Below are positions 11,312 through 22,070 of a stretch of 64,000 nt of DNA, piece by piece (the first letter of the stretch is position 1; the number at the start of each line of letters is the position of its first letter). The stretch is taken from assembly GCA_050950825.1 (NCBI GenBank), contig JBMNIH010000008.1, forward strand, positions 96,001 through 160,000. The letters run 5' to 3'. The notes below the pieces were generated by a model. It did not search any database. It was not told the origin of the DNA and saw only the letters and a list, made by a program, of their open reading frames with translations. Both the position numbers and the translations under genes were made by a program. The stretch is from Clostridia bacterium. Lineage in GTDB: Bacteria > Bacillota > Clostridia > JAAYHZ01.

Positions 11312-14300
11312 TTAGTTGAACATATCTTCAATTTTATCAGGATCCAATTCGTTTTCTTCGTCATCCAAATCGTCAAACTTATCCGATGACAGCTCGATAT
11401 CATCAAAGTCGTCCGTATCTTCGGTTTCATCGCCGTCGATAACTTCGTCTTCTTCGTAATCGTCTTCTTCATCGTCGTCAAAATCTCTCGACTTTCTTGA
11501 AGATCCCTTGGCGGGATATTCGTCCTCTTCTTCGTCGTCTATGCTAAAGCTGTAGCTGCCTACCTGGTATTGCTCCTCAAGGTTTTCCAATCCGTCTTCC
11601 ACGGATTCTTTCAAGGAAATTTCGCCTTGGGTATCGGAGAATACGCGAACGTCTAAGGCCAAGCTTTGCAGCTCTTTAATCAATACCTTAAAGGATTCCG
11701 GAATGCCTGCTTCCGGTACGTTTTCGCCCTTCACGATGGCTTCGTATGTCTTCACCCTACCGATAACGTCGTCGGATTTAACGGTGAGAAGCTCTTGCAG
11801 CGTATGAGCGGCACCGTAGGCCTCCAACGCCCAAACTTCCATTTCTCCGAATCTTTGGCCGCCGAACTGGGCTTTACCGCCTAAGGGCTGCTGGGTTACC
11901 AAGGAGTACGGTCCCGTGGAACGAGCATGGATCTTGTCGTCGACCAAGTGCAACAGCTTGAGGAAGTACATATAGCCGACGGTAACGCGATTGTCAAAGC
12001 GTTCTCCGGTTCTTCCGTCATACAGCCATGTTTTTCCGTCTTCGGGCAAGCCGGCTAATTTTAAGGTTTCAAAGGTGTCGTGTTCGTTGGCTCCGTCAAA
12101 TACGGGAGTCGCTACCTTCCAGCCTAAGGCCTTCGCCGCATAGCCTAAGTGGGTTTCCAATACCTGCCCGATATTCATACGGGAGGGAACGCCCAAGGGA
12201 TTCAAGACGATTTCCAAAGGCGTGCCGTCCGGCAAGTAAGGCATATCTTCCTCCGGCAGAATTCGGGAGATAACCCCCTTGTTTCCGTGGCGACCTGCCA
12301 TTTTGTCCCCTACGGACACTTTTCTCTTTTGGGCGATATAGACGCGAACCAATTGGTTAACGCCCGGAGGCAGTTCGTCTCCGTTTTCACGTGTAAATAC
12401 TTTTACATCCACCACGATACCGGATTCTCCGTGCGGTACCTTCAAAGAAGTATCGCGAACTTCACGAGCTTTTTCACCGAATATGGCTCTTAACAAGCGC
12501 TCTTCCGCAGACAGCTCCGTTTCGCCCTTTGGTGTAACCTTACCGACCAAAATATCACCGGACATGACTTCCGCACCGATACGGATAATTCCCCGTTCGT
12601 CCAAATCCTTCAACGCGTCTTCCGATACGTTGGGAATGTCTCTCGTGATTTCTTCCGGACCCAACTTGGTGTCGCGGGCATCGGATTCGTATTCTTCGAT
12701 GTGAATGGACGTGAAGGTATCATCCTTAATCAGTTTTTCGCTGATTAAGATGGCGTCCTCGTAGTTGTATCCTTCCCATGTCATAAAGCCTATTAATACG
12801 TTTCTTCCTAAAGCCAGTTCTCCGTTGTCCGTAGAAGGACCGTCGGCGATAACCTGGCCTTTTTCCACTCTCTGACCGGCACGTACAATCGGTCTTTGGT
12901 TGATGCAGGTTCCTTGGTTGGAACGTTTGTATTTCAATAATCTGTATACATCTCTTTTGCCTTTGTCGTTTCGGATGACAATTTGCTTTGCTTCCACGCT
13001 TTCAACGACACCGGATTCTTTGGCAACGATGCACACGCCGGAATCCACCGCCACCTTGTATTCCATTCCGGTCCCGATAACGGGAGCTTCCGTTTTGATC
13101 AAGGGCACGGCTTGACGCTGCATGTTGGATCCCATCAATGCGCGGTTGGCGTCATCGTTTTCCAAGAAGGGAATTAACGAAGTCGCCACCGAAACCAGCT
13201 GTTTCGGAGAAACGTCCATATAGTCAATTCGATCGCGGTCCACTTCATATTTTTCCGATTTGTATCGGGAAGCGACCTTGTTCTTTATGAACCAACCGTT
13301 TTCGTCCAATTCGGCGTTGGCTTGGGCGATGACGTATTTGTCCTCTTCCTTCGCCGTCAAGTATTCGATTTCATTGGTCACCACTTTGTTCTTCTTATCG
13401 ACTTTACGATAAGGAGCTTCAATAAAGCCGTATTCGTTAATGCGGGCAAAGGTGCTCAAAGAGTTGATTAACCCGATGTTAGGACCTTCCGGTGTTTCAA
13501 TGGGACACATTCTTCCGTAGTGGGAGTAGTGTACGTCGCGGACTTCGAATGAAGCTCTTTCTCTGCTTAATCCTCCGGGTCCTAAGGCGCTTAATCTTCT
13601 TTTGTGGGTCAACTCCGCCAAGGGGTTCGGCTGGTCCATAAACTGAGACAATTGGCTGCTGCCGAAGAATTCCTTAATGGCGGCGGTAACCGGCCTCGGG
13701 TTGATTAATGCTTGAGGTGTTATGGAATCGATGTCCTGTATGGTCATTCTTTCTCGAACCACACGTTCCATACGGGATATACCGATACGGAATTGGTTTT
13801 GCAAAAGCTCCCCTACCGAACGAACTCTTCGGTTGCCCAAATGGTCGATATCGTCCGTTTCCCCTACGCCGTGTGTCAAATTGAAGATGTAGCTGATAGA
13901 GGCGATAACATCCTCTTTGGTAATGTGCTTGGGCATCAGGTTGTATCGATTTTCAAACAAGGCTCGACGTATGTCTTCTTCTTTGTCGTATTTGGCCAAA
14001 ATATCGCTTAATACATCAAAACGGACGGTAGGAGTCAGTCCGATATCGGAGATATCGAAATGAATGAACTCTTTGATTTCCACCATTTTGTTGGATATGA
14101 CCTTAACCGTTTTTCCGTCAACGTCCAAATAGACCACATTGACACCGTTGTTCATGATTTCAAGAGCTTTTTCACGTTCGATCAATTGGCCTTTTTCCAA
14201 CAATATTTCCCCGGTAATAGGGCTAACAACATCTTGAGCGGCAACATGACCCGTGATGCGTTCGCTTAAATTTAATTTCTCATTAAACTTAAAGCGTCCG

Positions 14301-15106
14301 AAACGGGCAAGGTCGTATCTTTTCGGATCGAAAAACAGATTGTTCAGCAAAGTGGTTGCGCTTTCAATGGTAGGAGGTTCTCCCGGACGCAACCTTTTAT
14401 AGATTTCAATGATGGCTTCTTCGGTGGTTTTTGCCGTGTCTTTTGCCAAAGTAGCCAAAAGACGTTCGTCTTCGCCGAACAAGTCAATGATTTCTTGGTC
14501 GGTGCCGTATCCGATGGCACGAATGAAAACCGTAATGGGAACTTTTCTCATACGGTCGATACGAACGGATATGACATCATTGGAGTCGGTTTCATATTCC
14601 AACCAAGCTCCGCGGTTGGGGATGACGGTGCAGGAATACAGCATTTTCCCGGTCTTGTCGATTTTGCCTGCATAATACATACCGGGGGAACGCACCAATT
14701 GGCTTACGATTACACGTTCCGCACCATTTATGATAAATGTTCCGGTGTCGGTCATTAACGGAAAATCACCCATGAAAATTTCCTGTTCTTTTACTTCACC
14801 GGTCTCTTTATTGATTAAGCGAACCTTTACTTTTAAAGGCGCCGAATAGGTTGCGTCTCTTTCTTTACATTCTTCAACGGAATACTTCGGTTTGTCCTTA
14901 ATACTATAGTCGACAAACTCCAAAATTAATGTTTCGGTGTAATCGGTTATCGGAGAGACATCGCGAAAGACTTCTTTAAGACCCTCTTTCCAAAACCATT
15001 CGTAAGATTTCTTTTGAACCTCGATGAGGTTTGGCATTTCTAAAACCTCATTAATTCTGGAGTAACTCATCCTAATGTTGTTCCCTAGTTTGACAGGATG
15101 CACCAT
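11312..15106 (-). CDS. rpoB: RNA polymerase beta subunit
   Basis: [42 protein letters not shown]; acidic C-terminal extension. Confidence 0.99.
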   Translation of the reverse strand: MVHPVKLGNNIRMSYSRINEVLEMPNLIEVQKKSYEWFWKEGLKEVFRDVSPITDYTETLILEFVDYSIKDKPKYSVEECKERDATYSAPLKVKVRLINKETGEVKEQEIFMGDFPLMTDTGTFIINGAERVIVSQLVRSPGMYYAGKIDKTGKMLYSCTVIPNRGAWLEYETDSNDVISVRIDRMRKVPITVFIRAIGYGTDQEIIDLFGEDERLLATLAKDTAKTTEEAIIEIYKRLRPGEPPTIESATTLLNNLFFDPKRYDLARFGRFKFNEKLNLSERITGHVAAQDVVSPITGEILLEKGQLIEREKALEIMNNGVNVVYLDVDGKTVKVISNKMVEIKEFIHFDISDIGLTPTVRFDVLSDILAKYDKEEDIRRALFENRYNLMPKHITKEDVIASISYIFNLTHGVGETDDIDHLGNRRVRSVGELLQNQFRIGISRMERVVRERMTIQDIDSITPQALINPRPVTAAIKEFFGSSQLSQFMDQPNPLAELTHKRRLSALGPGGLSRERASFEVRDVHYSHYGRMCPIETPEGPNIGLINSLSTFARINEYGFIEAPYRKVDKKNKVVTNEIEYLTAKEEDKYVIAQANAELDENGWFIKNKVASRYKSEKYEVDRDRIDYMDVSPKQLVSVATSLIPFLENDDANRALMGSNMQRQAVPLIKTEAPVIGTGMEYKVAVDSGVCIVAKESGVVESVEAKQIVIRNDKGKRDVYRLLKYKRSNQGTCINQRPIVRAGQRVEKGQVIADGPSTDNGELALGRNVLIGFMTWEGYNYEDAILISEKLIKDDTFTSIHIEEYESDARDTKLGPEEITRDIPNVSEDALKDLDERGIIRIGAEVMSGDILVGKVTPKGETELSAEERLLRAIFGEKAREVRDTSLKVPHGESGIVVDVKVFTRENGDELPPGVNQLVRVYIAQKRKVSVGDKMAGRHGNKGVISRILPEEDMPYLPDGTPLEIVLNPLGVPSRMNIGQVLETHLGYAAKALGWKVATPVFDGANEHDTFETLKLAGLPEDGKTWLYDGRTGERFDNRVTVGYMYFLKLLHLVDDKIHARSTGPYSLVTQQPLGGKAQFGGQRFGEMEVWALEAYGAAHTLQELLTVKSDDVIGRVKTYEAIVKGENVPEAGIPESFKVLIKELQSLALDVRVFSDTQGEISLKESVEDGLENLEEQYQVGSYSFSIDDEEEDEYPAKGSSRKSRDFDDDEEDDYEEDEVIDGDETEDTDDFDDIELSSDKFDDLDDEENELDPDKIEDMFN

Positions 15107-15539
15107 TAACAAATCACCTCATACGCATTAGTAATCGCCCCTCCTAATACAAAGGAGTCTTATGTATCGTTTTTATCCTCGCGGGTAATAATATCGATAC
15201 AAATGTATAACCGGGCGGGCATTCCCGATTATGTCCATCGGTCACGGGTTTATAAGACAAACCCTACCTACAACTTCGCCGTTTGATAAAAAACAAGAGA
15301 TGTTAGCGTTTAAAAAATGGCTATAACTGTTGATTAAGTCTTTCCCCCGTTATCCAATCTTTTAAAACAGTTCTAACCACCTTTCATTCATACACCTATA
15401 AATTTTTATAAAATCTCTTAAACACACTTATGTATTGTAACCGTTTCTTGTAATATCTATGCGATTATGCTACAATGTAATGGGTTCGCCTTATAATCAC
15501 GCGGTTCATTTGTTCAAATCAACAATAACGCAGTTTTTG

Positions 15540-15568
15540 ATTATATCATTATCACGTTTTTATGTCAA
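15540..15568 (-). promoter_or_regulatory. Consensus sigmaA promoter for rpoBC
   Basis: TTGACA-17 nt-TATAAT with TGn extended -10. Confidence 0.8.
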
Positions 15569-15665
15569 TGACTTTTTCCATACAAAGGTAAAAATATTGC
15601 CCTTTTTCTTGTACTTTTCTACAAAAAACTTGACTTATTTTATAAAAAGGATTTTTTATGGCGTT

Positions 15666-16736
15666 TTAGCGATTGGCGGCACCGCCGAGATTTTTCAACA
15701 TGCTCATCATTCCCGGAGTCGCCTCTATGGTACCGTCTAATAAAACCCATAAAACGTCCAATCCTTGAATTTTTTCCGCTAACGCTTTTCCTTCCTCGTA
15801 AGGCATTAAAAACAAAGCGGTCGAGAAAAAGTCGGCCCATGCGGAATCTTCGATGACCACCGTCACCGCCTTGTACAGATCCGCCGGCATCAAGGTTTCT
15901 CCGGAGATAATATGGTGGTACTTTTTATCATCTACATAATAGTATCGCTGGTAGTTTCCGCTGGTTACCACCGATAAATCCCGTACATAAACCGTATCGA
16001 AGATTTGGTCTTCCGGAATGAAGGGGTTCGCATCCGGATCCTGCAGTCCGATTCCCCATTTCTCCCTCCCGTCGGCAGGCTTGCCGCAGGCTTTTACGTT
16101 TCCGCCGGCGCTTAATATAAAGGAAGTGTATCCTAAACTCGTAAGATAGTCCGTTGCCATCTCCACGGCATACCCCTTGGCTATTGCACCTACATCCAAG
16201 GACATCCCCGCATCTTCAAGAAAAACGGTTCCCTCCTCTCGATTTACGATCACTTTTTGAATATCGGTTTTTTTGGCCGCTTCTTTTAATTCATCTATAT
16301 CCGGAAGACGGGCGTTTTCCGGATCTCGGCTTCCTTCCGTTCGATAATCATGCCATATTTTCAAAACCGGTCCCATGGCGATGTTGACATAGCCGTATTG
16401 CTCGTATCCGGTTTTGGCAAACTCGATTAAATCCAAAATTCGAGGATCCACCTTCACCGGTGCGATACCGGCCATGTCGTTTACGGTTTTGATGTTAGGA
16501 ATTCCTTCATAATCGTTGTAGATATCGAAAAGAGCGTTTAATTCCTCTAAAAATTCCTTGCACAGCTCCGCCATTTCCGTGAAGGATTTCTCGTTTTTTG
16601 CATATCCGGTCATTTCAATAACCGTGTCAAACAAGCCGGTAAATTGGTATCGGTATTTATTCATCCCGATTTCGCATCCGGTTAAAGGAAGCGTTATTAA
16701 TATAATTAGAAGAAACAATGAGATCGTCTTTTTCAA
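15666..16736 (-). CDS. apbE: FAD:protein FMN transferase (ApbE family lipoprotein)
   Basis: Lipobox LTGC; LDVGAIAKGYA, VVTSGNYQRY, YHHII, ADFFSTALF; likely TTG start at 16736. Confidence 0.93.
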   Translation of the reverse strand: MKKTISLFLLIILITLPLTGCEIGMNKYRYQFTGLFDTVIEMTGYAKNEKSFTEMAELCKEFLEELNALFDIYNDYEGIPNIKTVNDMAGIAPVKVDPRILDLIEFAKTGYEQYGYVNIAMGPVLKIWHDYRTEGSRDPENARLPDIDELKEAAKKTDIQKVIVNREEGTVFLEDAGMSLDVGAIAKGYAVEMATDYLTSLGYTSFILSAGGNVKACGKPADGREKWGIGLQDPDANPFIPEDQIFDTVYVRDLSVVTSGNYQRYYYVDDKKYHHIISGETLMPADLYKAVTVVIEDSAWADFFSTALFLMPYEEGKALAEKIQGLDVLWVLLDGTIEATPGMMSMLKNLGGAANR

Positions 16737-16773
16737 ATGGATCACGCCTTGCCTTTTTTCATATTCGTTGACC

Positions 16774-16817
16774 GACAAAAACCTCTTTTGAAGTATCGTT
16801 CAAAAGAGGTTTTTGTC
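16774..16817. terminator. 19-bp perfect stem-loop between lipoprotein gene and apbE (terminator or mRNA stabiliser)
   Basis: GACAAAAACCTCTTTTGAA-gtatcg-TTCAAAAGAGGTTTTTGTC. Confidence 0.75.
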
Positions 16818-16846
16818 CGATATGTATATTTTACATGAAACAATTA

Positions 16847-17392
16847 TTACTTGGCATTCTTGACGGCTTCCGTAACGGCCGCAATGTAGTCCTGTATCGT
16901 AATGGTCACTTTCGATGTTAAGTCCGGCTCATCGGGAACGTTAGGATGGCTGTCGTCTACCTTTTTCGTCTTGATCCCTTGAATTTGATCAATGGTTTTT
17001 CCGATCATCCATTTTTCCAGTTCGGCAATTTGTTCGTCCCAATTTCTTCCGATTTTCGACTGACGAATCAAACCGTATTCGTCTCCCAGCTCCACCTTGG
17101 ACTTGATTTCGGCGGATAAATCCGTCAGGATTTTACCGGAATCGTCAATATCCACTTTGGCTTGGATAACGTCTATCGTCACTTTTTGGATGACGCCTTT
17201 GCTGTCAATGGTTACGGCCGCCATCGTTACGTCTACCTGTACCGCACCGTTCGCATCGGCGGTTGCGTTCTTCGAGCTGTTAAGGGAAACCACATGGCCT
17301 AATCCCGTTTTATAGGATGAGGAAGATCCGCAGCCGGTTAACAAAGCCAAAACGAAGATTACAGTAATAATTATTATTAATCCTTTCTTCAT
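16847..17392 (-). CDS. Lipoprotein, putative FMN-binding (flavinylated) extracytoplasmic protein
   Basis: Lipobox LTGC; SKVELGDEYGL..WDEQIAELEKWMIGKT..DLTSKVTI pattern typical of clostridial FMN-bind-like lipoproteins; adjacent to apbE. Confidence 0.7.
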   Translation of the reverse strand: MKKGLIIIITVIFVLALLTGCGSSSSYKTGLGHVVSLNSSKNATADANGAVQVDVTMAAVTIDSKGVIQKVTIDVIQAKVDIDDSGKILTDLSAEIKSKVELGDEYGLIRQSKIGRNWDEQIAELEKWMIGKTIDQIQGIKTKKVDDSHPNVPDEPDLTSKVTITIQDYIAAVTEAVKNAK

Positions 17393-17436
17393 GCTTTCAT
17401 ATTCCTTTCTGTTCTATATCTCCATAGTTTAAATTT

Positions 17437-18375
17437 TTATAGCCAATCCACAATGCTTTCGATTGCTTTCATATTCTCGGTTTTTGGCAATCGATTTAAT
17501 AAATCTCGACACCGCAGAATATACCGTTCTTTTAGTGTTTCCGTACTTTCAATCCCGCCGCTATCCTTTACGATTCGTAAAACCTCCCTAAAATCCGTGA
17601 GCCCTTCATAGTAGCTTTTGATACATTCTCGGACCTTTTCGTCTTTCATGGCTCCGAATATGAACGGCAAGGAAACAATCCCTTCGGCAAGATCTTTTTG
17701 AACGGGTTTTCCTTCTCGTTCGGTGTCGGATCGTATATCCAACAAATCGTCTCGAATTTGAAAAGCCACACCCATATTTAATCCTAACCGAGTCATAGTT
17801 TTCACGACACTATCTTCCAATCCCGCCGCATATGCTCCGCCGCCTAAGGATGCGGCGAATAACACGCCGGTTTTCTTCATCACCCGCCTTAAATAGGAAT
17901 GAACTCCCGTAACGGTATAACGGCTCAAGTACTGGTTTACTTCCCCTATGCACATAATTTTAGCCGCTTTTGCCACGTAAGCCGACATATCCATAGGAAG
18001 GCCCGACCGGATCAAAAGCAGTACCGACGATGCAAGAAGATAATCCCCCGTATAGACGGCCATATTGATACCGTGTTTTTTCGCTACGGTGGGTTTCCCC
18101 CTGCGCAGGTCCGCATCGTCTATAATGTCGTCGTGTACCAATGTTGCCGCATGAAGGGTTTCGATCGCCGCCGCCAAGGGAAAAACTTTGCTTCTGTCAT
18201 ACTTTCCCGACATGGCCGCCAAGAGGGTCAGTGCCGGGCGTATCCGTTTCCCTCCGGAAAACATGACGTCATGAGACAAATCGTTTAAAACCCCTCTTTC
18301 CTTCGGGTACTCTCGCCTTATATAATTTTCAAATTCCGTCATCTCATCCCTTAGGAAAGGGTAATTATCCCACAT
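17437..18375 (-). CDS. Polyprenyl (heptaprenyl-type) diphosphate synthase, catalytic subunit
   Basis: GGKRIRP, HAATLVHDDIIDDADLRRG, FQIRDDLLD (two DDxxD motifs). Confidence 0.93.
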   Translation of the reverse strand: MWDNYPFLRDEMTEFENYIRREYPKERGVLNDLSHDVMFSGGKRIRPALTLLAAMSGKYDRSKVFPLAAAIETLHAATLVHDDIIDDADLRRGKPTVAKKHGINMAVYTGDYLLASSVLLLIRSGLPMDMSAYVAKAAKIMCIGEVNQYLSRYTVTGVHSYLRRVMKKTGVLFAASLGGGAYAAGLEDSVVKTMTRLGLNMGVAFQIRDDLLDIRSDTEREGKPVQKDLAEGIVSLPFIFGAMKDEKVRECIKSYYEGLTDFREVLRIVKDSGGIESTETLKERYILRCRDLLNRLPKTENMKAIESIVDWL

Positions 18376-18521
18376 GCTCAATCCTCCGGTCTTCCTTCGC
18401 CTTCCCGACAGGGACGATTGGTATTACAGTATAGTTATAGCACTGTCGGGGGAAAATAACGGTAACATAGGAAACGAAAACGTCTTTTTTCCTATAAATT
18501 TTCCCGTTTTTTTATTCTTTA

Positions 18522-20447
18522 TTAATTGTCAAAATAGCGGTCGAAGCTGCCTTTGAAAAACAGGCGAAGCTTCTTGTTCTTCCTTAAGCTGTCCCATACG
18601 TTGCACAGGTAAGGAATCAAGTAGTAATCCAACCCGAAAGCCCGTCCTGCGCCGCCCATGGTTGCAATCGCAGCAAAAGGCATCCACCAAGAGCTTTGGT
18701 ACAAGCCGGTAGAAGTGACGAACATGGCCAACAAACCTACCGAAACCAAAGAAGACAGGAAGGTAAACGCACCGCCGATAAGCAACAAGCCTACGCCGAT
18801 TTCTAAAATAACAACCAAGACCTGGAAGAACATGGCGATTCCGTCTCCCGCAAGGACCACGTTTTTCAAGAACCAAGGAACCAAATTAAAGTTACCGAAT
18901 TGGAATATATCGATTTTGGCAAACATTGTGGAAGACAACGGTTCTCCTTGGAGCATATAGGTTTCCTTACCGATCAAGAAGTTAATAATATGAAGCTTCA
19001 GCTCAAATATTTCGTCGATTCTTTTCGCAACCGCTTGCGCCGAAGTGGCTCCCGTCACACCGTCCGCAGCCATGCCCAAGAAGGAAGCCAGCTTGGGCGA
19101 TGTGAACCAACCTTCTTTTACCTTATTTATGCCTTCTATCAACCAAGTAACCCCAAGGAAGATTCGAAGCGGTACAAGCCACCAAGCCTGAACTCGTGTA
19201 GACCAATGCTTTTCCAAAAAGTGCTTGCTTTGACGTCTTTCCAATACTTCGTGATACAAATATCGCGCGACTCCGGCAAAACCGACGATTCCGAAAAGAT
19301 AATGCATGTTCACCAGGTATTTCATGATAAGGGACAGCCATGCCGGAAGCTTTTTGCCTAATATCTCCGCAACGGCGTAGTAATTGCCGACGCTTACCAT
19401 GGTACCGCGCATTTTGACTTCTACGATTTCCTGTTCTTTGCCTTGGACATCGTTCCAAATGTTTACCGCCACGCCGTGGCCGGTTTGGATGGCGTTTTCC
19501 ACCATCGCCGGATACACACGATCATCCGCATGGCAGATCAAACCGGATACGTCTCCCGCCGCATAGACATTCGGGTAGTCGGTACGGCAGTATTCGTCCA
19601 CTTTTAACCTTTGGGTGGGACAAGCCTTTTCGATGGGTAATTCGTCCACATCATAGCATGCCCGTACTCCGGCGGCCCAGATCAAGGTTTGCGTTTTAAT
19701 GAAGTCGTTTTGGGTCATAAAGCCTTCCGGAGTTACTTCTTTTACCGAGGTTTTCAAGAGGATTTCCACATTCAGCTTCTTTTCCAAATATTTGTGGGCT
19801 TTTATCGCACTATCCTCGCTTAAATTGTTTAATATACGAGGCAGCAAATCCGCGAGGATCAAACGAACTTCGCTTTTGTGAATCCGGTATTCTTTACAAA
19901 GGGATTTCACCCAACGGGCGATTTCGCCGATGACCTCTACTCCGGTGAAACCGGCGCCGCTTACAACGAAGGTAAGCAAAGCGCTTCTTTTTTCCGGATC
20001 CTCTTCGTTGGATGCTTTGGCAAAGCAATGGATAATGTGCTCACGAATTCTTACGGCATCATCCAAGGACCATAGGGTAAATCCGTATTCCTTCAAGCCT
20101 TTAATACCGTACAGATTCGGTGAACTGCCTATGGCCATAACCAAGTAATCGTACGGATATTCCTTGGTATCCGAATAAACCTTTTTGTTATCGAAATCGT
20201 ATTTGGTTATTTTGTCGCATACCGTATTCACGCCGGTAAACTTAAAAATTTTATTCAACGGAATTTTTACCGCATCTTCGGATACTCGATTTCCTGCAAC
20301 CTCGTGGATCTCCGTTAAAAGTGTGTGGTAACTATTCTTATCAATAATGGTAATATCCAATTCTTTTCCTTTGTTCAGCTTGTTGAGTGTCAACGCCGTT
20401 TCAACGCCTGCGTAACCCGCTCCGATAATGACTACCTTTTTACTCAT
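18522..20447 (-). CDS. Type II NADH:quinone oxidoreductase fused to a C-terminal DoxX/DoxD-like membrane domain
   Basis: GAGYAG, GAGFTGVE, WAAGV, YAAGD in the N-terminal ~400 aa; C-terminal PLRIFLG..WL.EG..K and GAGRAFGLD TM segments. Confidence 0.85.
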   Translation of the reverse strand: MSKKVVIIGAGYAGVETALTLNKLNKGKELDITIIDKNSYHTLLTEIHEVAGNRVSEDAVKIPLNKIFKFTGVNTVCDKITKYDFDNKKVYSDTKEYPYDYLVMAIGSSPNLYGIKGLKEYGFTLWSLDDAVRIREHIIHCFAKASNEEDPEKRSALLTFVVSGAGFTGVEVIGEIARWVKSLCKEYRIHKSEVRLILADLLPRILNNLSEDSAIKAHKYLEKKLNVEILLKTSVKEVTPEGFMTQNDFIKTQTLIWAAGVRACYDVDELPIEKACPTQRLKVDEYCRTDYPNVYAAGDVSGLICHADDRVYPAMVENAIQTGHGVAVNIWNDVQGKEQEIVEVKMRGTMVSVGNYYAVAEILGKKLPAWLSLIMKYLVNMHYLFGIVGFAGVARYLYHEVLERRQSKHFLEKHWSTRVQAWWLVPLRIFLGVTWLIEGINKVKEGWFTSPKLASFLGMAADGVTGATSAQAVAKRIDEIFELKLHIINFLIGKETYMLQGEPLSSTMFAKIDIFQFGNFNLVPWFLKNVVLAGDGIAMFFQVLVVILEIGVGLLLIGGAFTFLSSLVSVGLLAMFVTSTGLYQSSWWMPFAAIATMGGAGRAFGLDYYLIPYLCNVWDSLRKNKKLRLFFKGSFDRYFDN

Positions 20448-20525
20448 ATCTCACTCCCCTATTCCGTTTACGATTCGATCCTACGCTGTTCTCTTCATAA
20501 ATAACGTTGAGGACCGATCGTGATA

Positions 20526-21476
20526 TTAATACCTTATAAAATTATGAAATATTATGGATACACTGAACAACAGTCCCGTCAGCATATAGATTTTGACCGT
20601 CTTGTCATTGGACGATACCAGTTTCGGAATGTCATTCATGTGTAACTTGCAATTCTTAACGGCTCCTACGGCCATGGGCACCGTGAGCCAAGAAAGAAGC
20701 CAAAGAAGATTTCTTGTGTACAGCACGATGGGTATCACCGATAAATAGGCAAAAGCGAAAATCAATCCGTACACAATCACTCCTTTTTCTTTTCCAATAC
20801 GAACCAAACCGTTTTTCTTACCGCTTCTCTTGTCGGCCTCGTAATCAGGATACTCGTTGATCCACAGAACGTTGGCAATCAAAAAACCGATAGGAATCGA
20901 AACCAACAAAGGCAGTACATCAAACCTTCCGGCCATGACCAAATACATCCCGTTTGTGATTAAAGGCCCGAAGGTGGTTCCTACAACCGCTTCCCCGAAC
21001 CCTCTGTAGCAAAGCTTGAACGGGGGCAAGGAATAGATAATCGCCAAGAAAAATCCGGCCAAACCGACCCAAATAACCTTCGGCTCCCGAAACAGCACAA
21101 AAACGATACCGATGACCGCCGCCAAAGCCATGGTGACAACGCCGATCCAAGCGGATTGATTTACCGTCAGCAATCCGTCCACAATGGTTTTCTTACCGCC
21201 GGAAAAGGGCGTTCGGTGCTCCGTATCCACATATCGATCCGCTCCGGAGATATAGTCGACGCATTCGTTAATGGCATTCTTGCCGATTTCAATCAAATAT
21301 ACGCCTACGAAAGCCAAAACCATCCAGAAAAGCCGGAATTCTTTTGCATACGACACCGACAAAAGGACACCTACAACCATAGGCACCGTAGAAGCGACCC
21401 AAATTTTCGGATCCGCCACCTGCCAAAAGCCTTTGTAAAAGGATTTGGATTTATCGGTTACTTGCATAATGGCCAT
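20526..21476 (-). CDS. UbiA/MenA-family prenyltransferase (DmkA-like)
   Basis: NECVDYISGAD and NEYPDYEADKRSGK aspartate motifs; multiple TM helices. Confidence 0.88.
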   Translation of the reverse strand: MAIMQVTDKSKSFYKGFWQVADPKIWVASTVPMVVGVLLSVSYAKEFRLFWMVLAFVGVYLIEIGKNAINECVDYISGADRYVDTEHRTPFSGGKKTIVDGLLTVNQSAWIGVVTMALAAVIGIVFVLFREPKVIWVGLAGFFLAIIYSLPPFKLCYRGFGEAVVGTTFGPLITNGMYLVMAGRFDVLPLLVSIPIGFLIANVLWINEYPDYEADKRSGKKNGLVRIGKEKGVIVYGLIFAFAYLSVIPIVLYTRNLLWLLSWLTVPMAVGAVKNCKLHMNDIPKLVSSNDKTVKIYMLTGLLFSVSIIFHNFIRY

Positions 21477-22047
21477 CCCTTCCTTTCAAATCCGCCTTTT
21501 CGGTATCCGACTCGCAGCTTTTATGCCAATCGGCCATCACGTTATCAAAAACAGGGATCTTACTCATATGTTGAAGCAGGCTTTTGGCAGCAACCCCGGT
21601 GATGACGCCGGTGATAAGAGACGATAACAGCAAAAAAGGCAGATATCCGAATACCGCTGTCGACTTTAACATCAATGATGCGGCCAAGATCTGTCCGGTG
21701 TTGTGGGCGGCAGCGCCGCCTACGCTGATACCGATCATGGAGAAAAACATCGGATAACCGAATCTCAGCAAAATCATAACCGTAAGAGCCAGCATGCCGC
21801 CGGTCAGTGAAAAAATCAAAGATGTGAGACTTCCGAATAACAAAGAAACGACGATGCAGCGTACAAGAGTGATAAAAAAACTCGATTGTATGCCTAAACA
21901 GAAAAGTGCAAACAAGGTGACAATATTCGCCAAACCTAATTTGATACCCGGTAACGGAATAAACACGTCAAGAGGAATCATCCGTTCAAAATAGGATATA
22001 ACGATCGCCATGGCTATTAATATTCCGTTTATGACCATCTTTCTCAT
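21451..22047 (-). CDS. Gx transporter / heptaprenyl diphosphate synthase component I family membrane protein
   Basis: PGIKLGLANI, GISVGGAAAHNTGQ motifs. Confidence 0.85.
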   Translation of the reverse strand: MRKMVINGILIAMAIVISYFERMIPLDVFIPLPGIKLGLANIVTLFALFCLGIQSSFFITLVRCIVVSLLFGSLTSLIFSLTGGMLALTVMILLRFGYPMFFSMIGISVGGAAAHNTGQILAASLMLKSTAVFGYLPFLLLSSLITGVITGVAAKSLLQHMSKIPVFDNVMADWHKSCESDTEKADLKGRDGHYASNR

Positions 22048-22070
22048 ATATTCTTTACCCTCGATATCCG

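Noticed and set aside
18403-18449. CCCGACAG..CTGTCGGG inverted repeat between ndh2 and the polyprenyl synthase gene
   Set aside because: Only 8 bp with a long loop and no second copy; too weak to assign a function.
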